From positions 496,001 to 560,000 of the forward strand of contig JAKIMF020000011.1 in the NCBI GenBank assembly GCA_022605425.2: a DNA stretch of 64,000 bases. Reading direction: 5' to 3'. Both the position numbers and the translations under genes were made by a program. Below, in pieces: positions 51,197 through 63,237 of the stretch (position 1 is its first letter; each line of letters starts with the position of its first letter). This stretch comes from Hamiltosporidium tvaerminnensis FI-OER-3-3 (taxonomy: Eukaryota; Fungi; Microsporidia). The notes under the pieces are model-generated. The model saw nothing but the letters and a program-made list of their open reading frames with translations. It made no database searches and was not told the origin of the DNA.

Positions 51197-51805
51197 TAAT
51201 TAAAATAAGGTTTTAGAAAGGTAAAAACTGTAAAGATTTACTTATTTTATAAACACACAAATAATAAGCTTGTGTATAAAAAAAATTAAGAAAAAATATG
51301 ATAGCATGTGACATTTAAAGCAATCATGAAAAAAAGACAAGAAAATAAAATATTTTTTAATATCTTGCTGAACCAAGTCCAATTATTATGTTTTTTCTAC
51401 TAATTCACTAAGAACATAAAAGGAATGTTTTAAACTGATTACAAAACAAAATCCTTAAGGAAATCTGAAAAATAATTAACATTTAAGATATATGCCCTCA
51501 AATTTATATTTTGTTACTTTAGGTTTTCTGATTTAAGTTTTGGAATATTTATAATTAAAATATAAAAAATATTTTTAAATTAACCAAATACTTAGCTATC
51601 TTAGAATATTTATTATAAATTTTATACTTTTGAATTTTTAAATCGAAAAATTATTTATATTACTATAAACAAAAAATTTATACAAAAATATAAATTATAT
51701 TTTTACCAATATAAGTACAAATCAAAAAAATGATATTTTTTAATCAAAGTAAAGGTTTAAAGAAATATTCAAATAAAAATAATCGTTTATTTAAAACAAT
51801 ATTTT

Positions 51806-52060
51806 TTAAAAAGATGTCGGTGCAATTACATTCAATGTAAAATATAATTCTTTTTCTTCTTCGGATAATTTTCTTTGATTTTGGTCGAAATCAGTATTTT
51901 GCCTATTAGAATTGTTTTCTTGTTCAAAACCATGTGCTCTATCACCTTCGTTTTTACTTCCTTGATTATCATCCTTTATTTGCTCGACGTTTTCCTTTGT
52001 ATTTGAATCTATTGACCCAATTAAATATTGAAAAAAGCCAAATATAAAAAAATAATTCAT
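51806..52060 (-). CDS. Small secreted hydrophilic protein (84 aa)
   Basis: Signal-like MNYFFIFGFFQYLIG followed by an N/Q/E/D-rich body. Confidence 0.6.
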   Translation of the reverse strand: MNYFFIFGFFQYLIGSIDSNTKENVEQIKDDNQGSKNEGDRAHGFEQENNSNRQNTDFDQNQRKLSEEEKELYFTLNVIAPTSF

Positions 52061-53641
52061 AATATGGAATCTATAATATCAAATATATATAGTTTTAAGA
52101 AAACACAAGTTTTAATTGTAAGTATGATTAAGAAATATAATTAGTAAATTTTAATTTTTTTTTAATTTAAAATTAGATTATGACTTTCTGAAGATCAAAA
52201 TGTCTAATCACAGAAGTAAACAAGGCTACCCATTTAATGATCTAAAAATTATATTGAAGTTTAAGTGATTTCATTCGTTAAAAATTAAAATATTAGAAAC
52301 TGTATATCGTATGATTCATTCTAACTAATATAGATTGTAATCTATAGACAAAAATTTAGGAGAATAAATGTTTAATTATAAATTTAAATAAAAGAAGTGC
52401 TTAATCTAGATTAAATTGCTACATATTACATAATTATATGCCTTAAAATATATATTTGTTTATTTATATATCTTTCAATTATTTATGTATTCTTTTTGAT
52501 ATATAGATTATACTTTAGTATACTATTTATAGATTTGGATATTTCATACAGATTCGTACGATTAATTATAGATCACAATCAATTGAAAAATTCCTTAATT
52601 TTTTAAAATTTTTTAGGTGTTCTAAAAAGAATGGCGCATTTTTTCAAATTTAATTCTTAACTTTCATTTTGAATGAAAATTCAAATCTTCTTTAATTTAC
52701 TATAAATTGAATTTGTAAAAAGTGTGATCATAATCAATCCAATATCTTTATAATCTATCAATCAAATGGAATTCGGGTTTAAGAGTTTATTTAAACAACT
52801 ATTTATATTTGTATCTTTATTTACGGAATTTACTTTCGATTCCATAAATTTGAAACGTTAAAAAAAATCTCAAAAATATGTTCTGCCGATCTATTATTGG
52901 CATGTGAAGACCTATAATTTTTTTAAACCCAACAGAATACAATTTAATTATTGTTTATACCTATTATTCATTTTCATTTAATTTCCAAACCAAAAAAAAA
53001 GTTGAATTTGAATGCTAATTGATTCACCAAGTACATGAAGCTTACTATATTAAATATTATTTGAATATCCTGAATATTTTGACCAAAAAAATTATAATCA
53101 AAATATAAAATATTCTTTATTTCCCACAAAAAGACTCATTTTTTTTATTATAAAATTATATGAATAATTTATTCTGTTTTATAGAAATCAAAATATATTT
53201 GAAGATTAAAATAAATAATAACTTACTTTAAGAAATTCATATTGACAAATATTTTATAAATCAATCTTTTATAATTATTCTAAAAAAGTGCTTGAATCAT
53301 GAATCATTCGAATTAATAATTTAAATTTTTATTAAGAATTATAATGTATACATATATGAATATAAATGTTTAGAATCATCTTATTAATTATAATCATGAC
53401 TTAAGAAGTTACGAATTATTAAGAATTTGCTTTATATATTATTTAAACCATATGATAGCTCCATAAATTGTAAATTTACTTTGAAATATATCATAGATTC
53501 AACAATTATTTGATATGAAAAAATAACCAATTATAAATTATTTGAATACAAGTATATTTATTTTTACTACAAAATATTTCAAAGTTATAGTTAATTTTAC
53601 TATTTAAATTTTTCAAAATACAAAAAAAAGACTTTTCTTCA

Positions 53642-53808
53642 AGTATATTTCGTAATCGAATTATAAGTTTTAAAAAATTAAAAGAAACAATAAAATTTGA
53701 AATGAAATAATTTTTAGATGAATTCAAGTATATTTCGTAATCGAATTATAAGTTTTAAAAAATTAAAAGAAACAATAAAATTTGAAATGAAATAATTTTT
53801 AAATGAAT
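53642..53808. repeat. Direct tandem duplication, ~85 bp x2
   Basis: aagtatatttcgtaatcgaattataag...gaaataatttt occurs twice. Confidence 0.85.
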
Positions 53809-53859
53809 AATATACTATATGGTATTATTTAAACGAATATTAAAGATTTTAAAGTATGA

Positions 53860-54530
53860 TGTATGTCATATTGTTTCCTTGAATCAACATAGTTCTAGGT
53901 TTAATATAAAAAATTAATTTTCAGACTCATTCGGTATTTATTAAAATATATAAATTCTAAAGCTTTTCATCTAAGAGGTATGTAGAAATTAATTAAAAGG
54001 CGAGGTTTTTGCTCAGAATTAGTCAATCATCGTAACTTGGAATGTTCACTCAAGTATAAACAAACTCTTGACTTCCCAAGACTATGCAGGGTTACTAATT
54101 ACTCTACACTTTCTGAATCAAATAGATATCCAACCAAGATATATCTCAGAGACTTACATCGGACCACCTAGACATTGCGATACATACAAACTGATATAAT
54201 ATGCTACTTGGATTTTCTAGATTTATAATTTGTTTTTGTGTATCTCCCAGGCGCCAAGTACTCTAACTCGATAAATAAGACCGGGTTTCCATGCTTTTAC
54301 AGGACAATAAACTTATAAGCTCAATCGTAAGCCAAAATCTAATTAAATAAAAAGCTACAAACTAAGTTTATAGAAAATTTTTATCAATTTTGTAAAATAT
54401 TCCCGGATACAAAAATCCAAAAATTTAGTTTGATTTATATTACATTGAAGATCCGAACAATGTTCTTCACGCTACGTTCATAGATTCAATATGTCCAACA
54501 GATAATTTTTAATGTAATCATCCTCCCGCA
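53860..54530 (-). mobile_element. Degenerate full-length copy of the ~730-bp SINE-like element
   Basis: tatctcccaggcgccaagt, actctacactttctgaa and ttctaggtttaa are shared, in order. Confidence 0.8.
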
Positions 54531-54861
54531 AAAAGTAGATTAATATAAACACCTTTTAAATAAAAAAAAATATATTTTAAGAATTAATTTATTAAAATAT
54601 AAAACTTTTATAGTAAATTGATCAAAAATATTTTTTTTATTTTAAAGGTTTATATTTTTAGTTACAATAGTTTGTTTTCACCTCTCTAAAAGCTTTAAAT
54701 AAAACATTAGGTTTAATTTTAATACATATTATAGATAAATAGTACATTGAGACATTCCTATAACCTCAAATAAAACATTATATTAAATTTTAATACATAT
54801 TATAGATAAATAGTACATTGAGACATTTCCATAACCTCAAATAGAAAATTAAAAAATAAAT

Positions 54862-55605
54862 TTATATTTTTCTCATTTCTATAGGTTGATACCCTTCAAA
54901 AACCGTTATATCACCAATACTTTCTATTTTTTTCATCAATTCTTTGCATTCCAATCCAAAAAATTCTTCTACATTACAAAAAGGTAACGGATATTCAAAT
55001 TTTTGACAAAAATTACTCCAAATAGAAGACCCACTAAACTTATATTGATCATCTACTTTTATTTCCATATCAAGACAATTATTAATTGACAATATAGTAC
55101 ATTCATATATCTGAGATCTAAAATTTTTAGATAAAAAACTTTCAAAAATTCTAAAAGATTTATAACCAATCGGATATAAATATTTTGAAGAATAAAATTG
55201 TTTGTTATTATTTTTTGGAAATTTACCCAAATTAAAAACACTAAAAGTTCCATTTTTATCTGTAAAAATAGCAGGATATTCCATAAAATTTTCAGATTTT
55301 TCAATTTCTACAAAATCTTTTAGATTTTTAGAAATAATCGGTTTATTTTCTTTCTTAGTAGTTTCTTCCTTCAAATCTTTTTCCAATGAAAATAAATCAG
55401 ATGAGGTGTCTGAAAAAGTTTCTTTCATTACATCTTTTCCATCACAAATGCATATACAATCAAGTATTGCATTCTTATGTAATTCTACTAAAGATATACG
55501 TTTTTCAATACTTTCTATTTTTGTATCTAATAAAGATTTTTCTTCTATAGCTTTATTTAGCTTTTCGTTTAGTAGTAACATTTCTGATCTTTCTTCTGTA
55601 TTCAT
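54862..55605 (-). CDS. FYRN/FYRC-domain chromatin protein (TBRG1/NIAM-like) with N-terminal coiled coil
   Basis: VFNLG...FYSSKYLYPIGYKSFR...YECTI (FYRN) and W...VEEFFGL...KKIESI (FYRC). Confidence 0.8.
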   Translation of the reverse strand: MNTEERSEMLLLNEKLNKAIEEKSLLDTKIESIEKRISLVELHKNAILDCICICDGKDVMKETFSDTSSDLFSLEKDLKEETTKKENKPIISKNLKDFVEIEKSENFMEYPAIFTDKNGTFSVFNLGKFPKNNNKQFYSSKYLYPIGYKSFRIFESFLSKNFRSQIYECTILSINNCLDMEIKVDDQYKFSGSSIWSNFCQKFEYPLPFCNVEEFFGLECKELMKKIESIGDITVFEGYQPIEMRKI

Positions 55606-56200
55606 GAGGGGTTTCAGAACATCTAAATTATTTTAAAATCGTTGGATGTTTTATTCTTTCAAAGTCTCCGTTTTAAACAAATAAAATATTTTATTTTCAA
55701 TAATTGAAATAAAATATTAAAAAATATTTTTTTTAACTGTTTTTTTTAATAGAAACTACTGTATTTTAATAATTGAAATGAAATATTTTTTTTAACTGTT
55801 TTTTTTTAATAGAAACTACTGTATTTCAATAATTGAAATGAAATCTTAAACAAATCTTTTTCAAAAGTATTTTAATAAAATATAAGAAGCACAAATAAAA
55901 TTTTGATTCATTTTTTGAAAATTCATTTAAACATTTAATATTTAGTTTCATTCATTCTCTTAATTTAAATCCCAGGAAAAAATAATGTAAATAACAAATC
56001 TTTATTCCAGATTAAAAATAGGAAGAATATTTTATTAAAACATTTGTTAAAATACTATCTAAAGAATAGATTAAGAGCTTTTTAATCATAAAATATTCTT
56101 CCTATTTTTGTATTAAAAATACAGAATAAAAATTGAAAGAAAAAAATAAAAAATTTGAAAGAAAAAAATAAAATATAAAAAAAAAATAAAAAATAAAAAA

Positions 56201-57100
56201 TTTATTTAATAAAATTCTGGGTTAAAATATTTTTAACATTTTTTATATGTTTTCTTTGACCTCTTTAACCACTTTTGTCTCTTCTTCCAAATCCGACTCT
56301 TCATTTATGTTATTGGTCGGTTCCTCTAAAGTGGTTCCTCCTTCTAAAATAAGGGATGTAATATTTTTTGGTTGTAAATTTTTTGCACCATCTTCCTCTG
56401 TTTTCGCTTCTTTTAAAAGGGGTATTGGTTCCTCATGCATCTCTGATCTCATAATAACACCCATTGACGCTCTCTCCCAGCTCTCTTCGGCATTTAGTCC
56501 TGACTCAAGTCCTCTTCGTCGATCAAAGGAAATTGTTTCGACTGTTTTCTTAAGTACTATAGACTGAATGTATGCCTCTACATTCATGGGTATTTCTAGT
56601 CTTTTAAGATGAGATTTATGGTATTTTGTCACAATACCGTCCCAGGTCATCACATAAGGGATTATCTCAACACTACACCTATAAATAAGACCCAACTCAT
56701 TGGCTAGCAGGTCATACTTCCTAAGTTTTTCAGTTTCAACTATTTGAAGTGAATCTTGGGAAGTGATTCCTACTTCAATGGGTGTTATCTTATTCTTCTT
56801 CTTATCTAAAATAAATATGTCCGGTCTGTTATTCCGAATTTTAACATCAGTTTTAATTCTGGTGTCCACTCTTATCTCTGCATACTCATTATCAAGAATT
56901 TCTTGAACTGAGTGACTCCTTATTCGTTTTGAAGACTTAAACTTATATCTATTTAGGAGAAGTAGGTGTAGGCATCTAACCACTTCATTATGCCGTCTAG
57001 TGTAATCATGGCCTAGCATTTTTTCACATCGAGTTGCTAGATGATCTACAGTCTTACCAGACTTCCCGCAATGTTGACACACACCATCTGCTCCCCAGAA
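56201..57100 (-). mobile_element. 5'-truncated RLE-type non-LTR retrotransposon with open reading frame (56243-57100)
   Basis: CQHC...TVDHLATRC zinc knuckle, RRHNEV, RPDIFILD, IEVG, EKLRKY. 3' end TTAACCCAGAATTTTATTAAATAAA is shared with the 25-kb copy. Confidence 0.93.
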
Positions 57101-57701
57101 TAAAAAAATTAAAAAAAAAAAAAATTAAAAAATATAAAAATAAAAATAAAAAAATAAAAATAAAAATTAGAAATACAGTACTAAATTTGAAATGTAATAG
57201 TAAATGATAAAAAATACAGAATTAAATTAAAAAAATTATTTAAATCCTAAGATATTTAGTTTTAATTTTTTTTTCTTTCAAAATAAAAAATTATAAAAAA
57301 TTATAAAAAAAAGTTTTTTTAAAAAAGAAGAATGCCTCAGAACTATTTTTTCTCATGCATGTATAAATATAGAAATGGGTTTAAACTTCTATAATATACT
57401 CGAATAGGGTATTCATCATAGGCAATCGTATTTTATTTTGAAAATATATTATAATTCTTTATTTGAGAAAAAGAAATGAAGGGGTTTAAAGAAGAAAAGA
57501 AATTTTAAAAAAAACCAAATTTTTTACCTCTTAAATTTATCTATAATATTCAATTTCTTAAAAATATATTTCTTTAAATAATTTGAAGGATTTTAACTTA
57601 CAAATAAATTTAAGAAGTAAAAAATTTCGTTTTTTTAAAATAATACTTCTAAGGAAATAAGATATATTTACTAAAATATAATAATATTAGTTGTTTGAAT
57701 A

Positions 57702-58431
57702 GTGGAGGGAGGATAACCACATAAAAAACTTTCTGCTTGGCAATGAGTGTGTGAAACTGGTGTGAGATCATTGTTTGGATTTTTGGTGGGAATAAAACCA
57801 CACTACATCTTCGGTTGTTCCATGGGAGTTGTTATGAGGAGGAGAGGTCTAAGAAATGGAGAAACTTTTTCCACAAATTTATTTGTAGTTTTTTATGTAA
57901 CCCGATTGCAGACCGCAGCTGAACATGTAGGTAATTGCCATGTAAAAACATGGAAACCTAGCCTTGCTCACTCGGGTTAGAAGACTTAGCGCCTGGGAGA
58001 TATAAAACAAAAAACCATTTAAAGCCGGGAGAGCTAAGTAGCAGGTTATACCTGTTGGTATGACATTGCACTGTCTAGGTGGACCCCATGCAAATCTCTG
58101 AAATATATCTTAGCTAGAAGTTTATTGGGTTCAGAAAGTGTAGAGTAAGTGGGAATGCTGCATAGTCTTGGGGGAGCCCAGGGGGGGCTTCGGTCTTCGA
58201 TCACACTCCATGCAACGGACATTAACGAACTCCGGGCAACTGCCTCGCCTATTAATTAGGTTCTACACACCTGGTAGATGAAAGGCTTTGGGACGTAGGT
58301 ATCGCAGGGGTTACCGATGGAGTGTTGGGGTAGCAGTCATTTATGTTAAACCTAGAACTGCGTTAATGTCATGAAAACAAATATAACACTTGCCACTGTT
58401 TTAAAAAAGATGTGATACTTTTAAATAAAGT
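57702..58431 (+). mobile_element. Apparently youngest full-length copy of the ~730-bp SINE-like element, with a 15-bp TSD
   Basis: TTAGTTGTTTGAATA at 57687-57701 and 58432-58446; no TIRs and no long ORF. Confidence 0.93.
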
Positions 58432-58883
58432 TTAGTTGTTTGAATATTAAATTTAGAATTGAAACTAAATATTAAAATCAATTAAAGTAAGCAATGAAGT
58501 AAATATTAATTAAAATATTAAACAACTTTTTTAAAACTTTTTTTCATATTATTTGATATCTCAAATATTTCAAATACGTTAATTTAGGTAAAAAATATGA
58601 TATTAAAAAAGATTTGGTGATATGAATTGATATCTATTATTTATCAAAAATACTTGAATATCTTTGTAAGATAACATATCATTTAATTTTTGAATGTGAA
58701 ACATAAAAAAATAAATAAATAAATTATATTGGTATAGATGATAATTTGATAGGATTCTACAAAATATTTATCTTATAAATTTACTTTTTAATTTGTGTTT
58801 CAAAGTTATCTAATAAATTTTAAGAAATGTAATTAGTTTGTTTGAAAGATTAAAAGTATAAAAAAAGAAAAAAATGTCTTTTT

Positions 58884-59999
58884 ATGAAATATTCAATTTT
58901 TGTACAAAGTTTTGTATTTTTAGGTTGTAAAGTTTTGGGAACTACTGTAAAGTATTCCTATGCAATGCAAGACTCACAAAGCGATCCTAGTGATGGTTCT
59001 TCTGGTTATTTTAATCTTAGTTCGAATGGAAAACTGACTGAAACATTTTGTTCTGATTCAACAACTTCATCAGCTCTTGATAATAAGGATCCAAATACTG
59101 ATTACAAGAATTCGTATTGCAATTTTTATTGTTCGTTTTATAAATCTGATCCCGCCGGTTACTATAATTATTATATGAAGTATTATGGCCAGCAACCAAA
59201 TTATTCTACTACTGGTACAAATACATACACACCGCAATCCACACCTCAGCAATACACACAGCCTTCTACACAGCAATATCAACAACAGTATGGACAACAG
59301 CCAGCTCAACAACCAGCTCCACAGCCAGCTCCACAGCCAGCCCAGCAGCCAGCCCAGCAGCCAGCCCAACAACAAGCCCAACAACTAGCCCAACAACTAG
59401 CCCAAAAAATAGACCAACAACAAGCCCAACAACCAGCCCAACAGCCAGCTCAGCAGCCAGCCCAGCAGCGAGCCCAGCAGCCAGCCCAGCAGCCAGCCCA
59501 ACAACAAGCCCAACAACTAGCCCAACAACTAGCCCAAAAAATAGACCAACAACAAGCTCAACAGCCAAACCAACAACAAGCCCAACAGCCAGCCCAACAG
59601 CCAGCCCAACAGCCAGCCCAACAACCAGCCCAACAACCAGCCCAACAACCTACTCAACAGCCATCTCAGTATCAATACACGCAGACTTCAGCTCAACAGT
59701 ATCAACAATATGCGCCACAGCAATCATTTGCCCAACAGAAAGAATTGGCTAAATATGCCCATCCATCGAATGTAAATAGTTACTGTGTTTGTGACAACAG
59801 TTCCGGCCAGAAAAATGGAATGTCTTACGATATGATGAAAGTTTTCAATGACTTTCTCATGAATACTTCATCAAAAGGATCAATTTGCAATTGTTCACCA
59901 TCGAATTCAGATGGTGTTATCTTGAATTATGATCTAAATGATGGACCATATATGTTTGTTGACCATGGAAATACTTCCTATAAATGTACATGTAAATAG
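58884..59999 (+). CDS. Secreted Gln/Pro/Ala-repeat protein with Tyr- and Cys-containing flanks; candidate polar tube or spore wall protein
   Basis: Signal peptide, central (QQPA)n repeats with a duplicated AQQLAQKIDQQQ unit, and CxC motifs including terminal CTCK. Confidence 0.85.
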   Translation: MKYSIFVQSFVFLGCKVLGTTVKYSYAMQDSQSDPSDGSSGYFNLSSNGKLTETFCSDSTTSSALDNKDPNTDYKNSYCNFYCSFYKSDPAGYYNYYMKYYGQQPNYSTTGTNTYTPQSTPQQYTQPSTQQYQQQYGQQPAQQPAPQPAPQPAQQPAQQPAQQQAQQLAQQLAQKIDQQQAQQPAQQPAQQPAQQRAQQPAQQPAQQQAQQLAQQLAQKIDQQQAQQPNQQQAQQPAQQPAQQPAQQPAQQPAQQPTQQPSQYQYTQTSAQQYQQYAPQQSFAQQKELAKYAHPSNVNSYCVCDNSSGQKNGMSYDMMKVFNDFLMNTSSKGSICNCSPSNSDGVILNYDLNDGPYMFVDHGNTSYKCTCK

Positions 60000-60151
60000 A
60001 AATACATAATGAAACAAATAAAAAAAATTGTACTATGAATTTATATTTTTTTTCATATTTATTAAATCTATTTAAGGTAAAATCATTACAAATATTATGG
60101 TTTGAATGTATTAATTAGCATTTAGATTAATAAAATATAACTTCTATTATT

Positions 60152-60500
60152 GAAACATATATTACATAAACTTAAACTGGTCTGTATAAATGCATAGTTC
60201 TATTAAATCATTAGTATATTTTTAAAACATATATTACATAAACTTAAACTGGTCTGTATAGGCATAGTTCTATTAAATCATTAGTATTATTTTAAAACAT
60301 ATATTACATAAACTTAAACTGGTCTGTATAGGCATAGTTCTATTAAATCATTAGTATTATTTTAAAACATATATTAATTAAATTTAGATTTCAACCTACA
60401 AATCCCAAGTTTTTTCAAATCATTAGTATTATTGAAACATATATTACATTAATTTAAACTGGTCTGTATAAATCCCAAGTTATATCAAATCATTAGTATA
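60152..60500. repeat. Tandem repeat, ~70-bp unit x4-5
   Basis: aaacatatattacataaacttaaactggtctgtata...aaatcattagta repeated. Confidence 0.88.
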
Positions 60501-61439
60501 GATTGGATTTTTGAAAAATATATTAATTAAATTAAATATTAAACCAATGATATACATATCAGTACTTTTTATATTTTTGAAACTAAAGGTGAGCAAATCA
60601 AATATTAAATTTATCTAAATGTCTAAAAACTATTATTTTAAATGAAATAAACCACGTATTAGATAAAATAATATTATATTGTTAAATATACTAAAAATAT
60701 TGCATTTGAATTTAATATATAAATTAAACTTGACAATTTTCCTTACAATAATTTATCAGAGTCTTGTTTTGGAAGAAGCTCTAAGTAAAATTATTCAGAA
60801 GAGTTTGATTCGTTGTTTTATAGAGGAAAATCCCACAATAGTTAGATTTTAAATATATATTTGGTTTTTATTAAGCTGTTTCAACATTTGTTACCTTTCA
60901 TATATCATATCTTTTATTTTAAATTGAATATTCACTTATATTAGGTTCGAAATTATTGATCCTTCAAATCCTATAGAATGCATATTTAAATACCTTAGCG
61001 TACTAAAGCCATGAGAATTTACTATTCAAATAAAAAGCGGCAATAGATACATACTCAATTCAAATGTGTTGCATGGGGCCTCTCAACTAACTCACTAGGA
61101 AAATAATTATTTGAAAAATCGAAAATAATTCCAAATTTGTGGTAAATTATACTTATTTTTTCTATTACTCAATATTTTCACGGATTTATTCCCTTGACTT
61201 ATGCAATCATATATTTATAATTTTTTTAGAATCAACATTAGATAGCGTACAAGCTTTATTAGAGATCTCAAACTTCATGTATTAACTGTTTAAGCACTTT
61301 CACACTATTTCTATATGTTTTAATAAGAAAATAGGATGCCTGTATCTCCCGGCTCTATTTTAACATAACAAATCAATTTGTCCCAGTTTAATCGCTGTTA
61401 AGCCTCAATAATTTCTTCCGGATTAAGGAAGGTAGTTTC

Positions 61440-62060
61440 GAAACTTTTTTTGCACCTTACCGGATGGATATAGATCCGTATTGTCAAGATATTTTCAGAT
61501 ATTAAGATGCAAAGATCTTAATTAGTTACAAATAACGTTTTATGTTATCACATAAGCTTCATTTGAACAATATTTTTAAAATAAGACCCAACCCATTGGC
61601 TAAAAAGTTTTACTTTCAAAGATTTTGTGTTCTAATTTTTAGAAGCAAATTTTGTGAAGCACTCATAATATCAAAGAACATTTTTATATTTAATTATTTT
61701 TCAGAATAAATATATCTAGTCTTTTATTATATTTACACGTATATTTTTATTCTAGTGTCCAAAATAATCAAGAAATTTACAATTTTAAGATTTATTAAAA
61801 CAAAGATTCCTGATCTTTTCGATGGCTTAAATGTATGATCCTTTATTAAAAGTAAAATTAGGCATATATAGCCACTTCATTATGTCGTCTAATGTAGTCA
61901 TATACAAGGGCTTTAACATTTAATCACTAAATCTTTTACACCTTTGCCAGATTAACTACAGACCCAATATTTTTTTCGTCTGTCTTAGAATACAGTTATA
62001 TATTAGATATGGCAGAGAATCGCTTCATATTGAGACATGGAGTTTCATTTGTCATTTTAT
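61440..62060 (-). mobile_element. Degenerate RLE non-LTR retrotransposon 3' fragment
   Basis: Reverse strand reads YDYIRRHNEV, ANGLGLI and AYVIT, colinear with the 56-kb copy. Confidence 0.75.
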
Positions 62061-63237
62061 TTTAAGCAAAAAAGGTTTTCGAGAGTTCGAAGCATTTGTG
62101 AGGGAAATATTGTATGGATTTGCTTATTTTTTATGTAATTTTAATAATTCTAATTCCTATTCTTGGTTAAAAAACCGTGGCTCAATTTATAAAACATAAT
62201 AACTTCTTAAACCAATCATTGATTATAACTTGAATAGCGAGAAATAAGAAAAGAAATTCAGCCTAAAATATTATAAAACTCCTTTACATTAATTTAAACT
62301 ATTTAAATTAAATCAATCTCATGAATAGCTTGTTACTCCGTATTCACCTTTGTATATTTTATTCGATAGAAAATTTAAAATTTAATTATATTTAAACTAT
62401 TCTTCTATTTATTTGACTAAGCTGATGTTAATCTTAAGTATGATTTATAAATTTAGATATAAACTTTTCAAATTTAATTTTTTTAGTATTAAAAATTTTA
62501 TTTGAATCTTCACAATCAATTAAAAGACCTTTTTAATTCAAGATACGGTTTTAAAAGTTTATTTGAAATCAAATAATGTGACAATAAAACAGTGAATATT
62601 TTATTTAATTCACACTAGCGATTTCAAAGAAAATTCCAATGAAAATATTTTAATTTAATGTAAATATTCAAAAAACGAATTATTTTTTTTAATAAAAGAT
62701 TCTAAAATAGTAATATATCAATATTAAGATATATTTGATAAGTGTTTGAAAAAAAAACGTTTATCTATTATGAAACATTGTTTTAGATTTGATTTACAAT
62801 GAAATTTAAAGATTTGAAATGTTTTTTTGATTGATATATTTGAAGAAAAAAAATTGAAAGGAAGGATATATAAGCTGAACCATCAATTAAACTTTTTTTA
62901 AATTTTGAAAATTTAGATAGATTAAATTTATTATGAATTTATGCCTGTGCTTTTTATAGTATTTGAATTTGTTTATACATATTTACTAAAATAGTTGAAT
63001 TCAAGATTAAATTAATTATTTTTTAATATCAAAATTGACCTATATGTTTTCTTTTTATGGCATACAGAATCATCAAAAAAAATATTTTGATCTACAGTTG
63101 TAAAATTTATCAAAGGCATTATCTTAAAAATAAATTTAAAAACAGATTGTTTTATTATTGTTTTAGAAGAAATGTATAATTTATAAAGGCGAGAAAGAAG
63201 AAATATGGTGATATTAGAATTGAATCGACTAAACAAT

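Noticed and set aside
57747-57980. Short ORFs in the 730-bp element (also 5882-6079, 24594-24776, 19047-19265)
   Set aside because: Starts and frames are not conserved between copies; they are by-products of higher GC.
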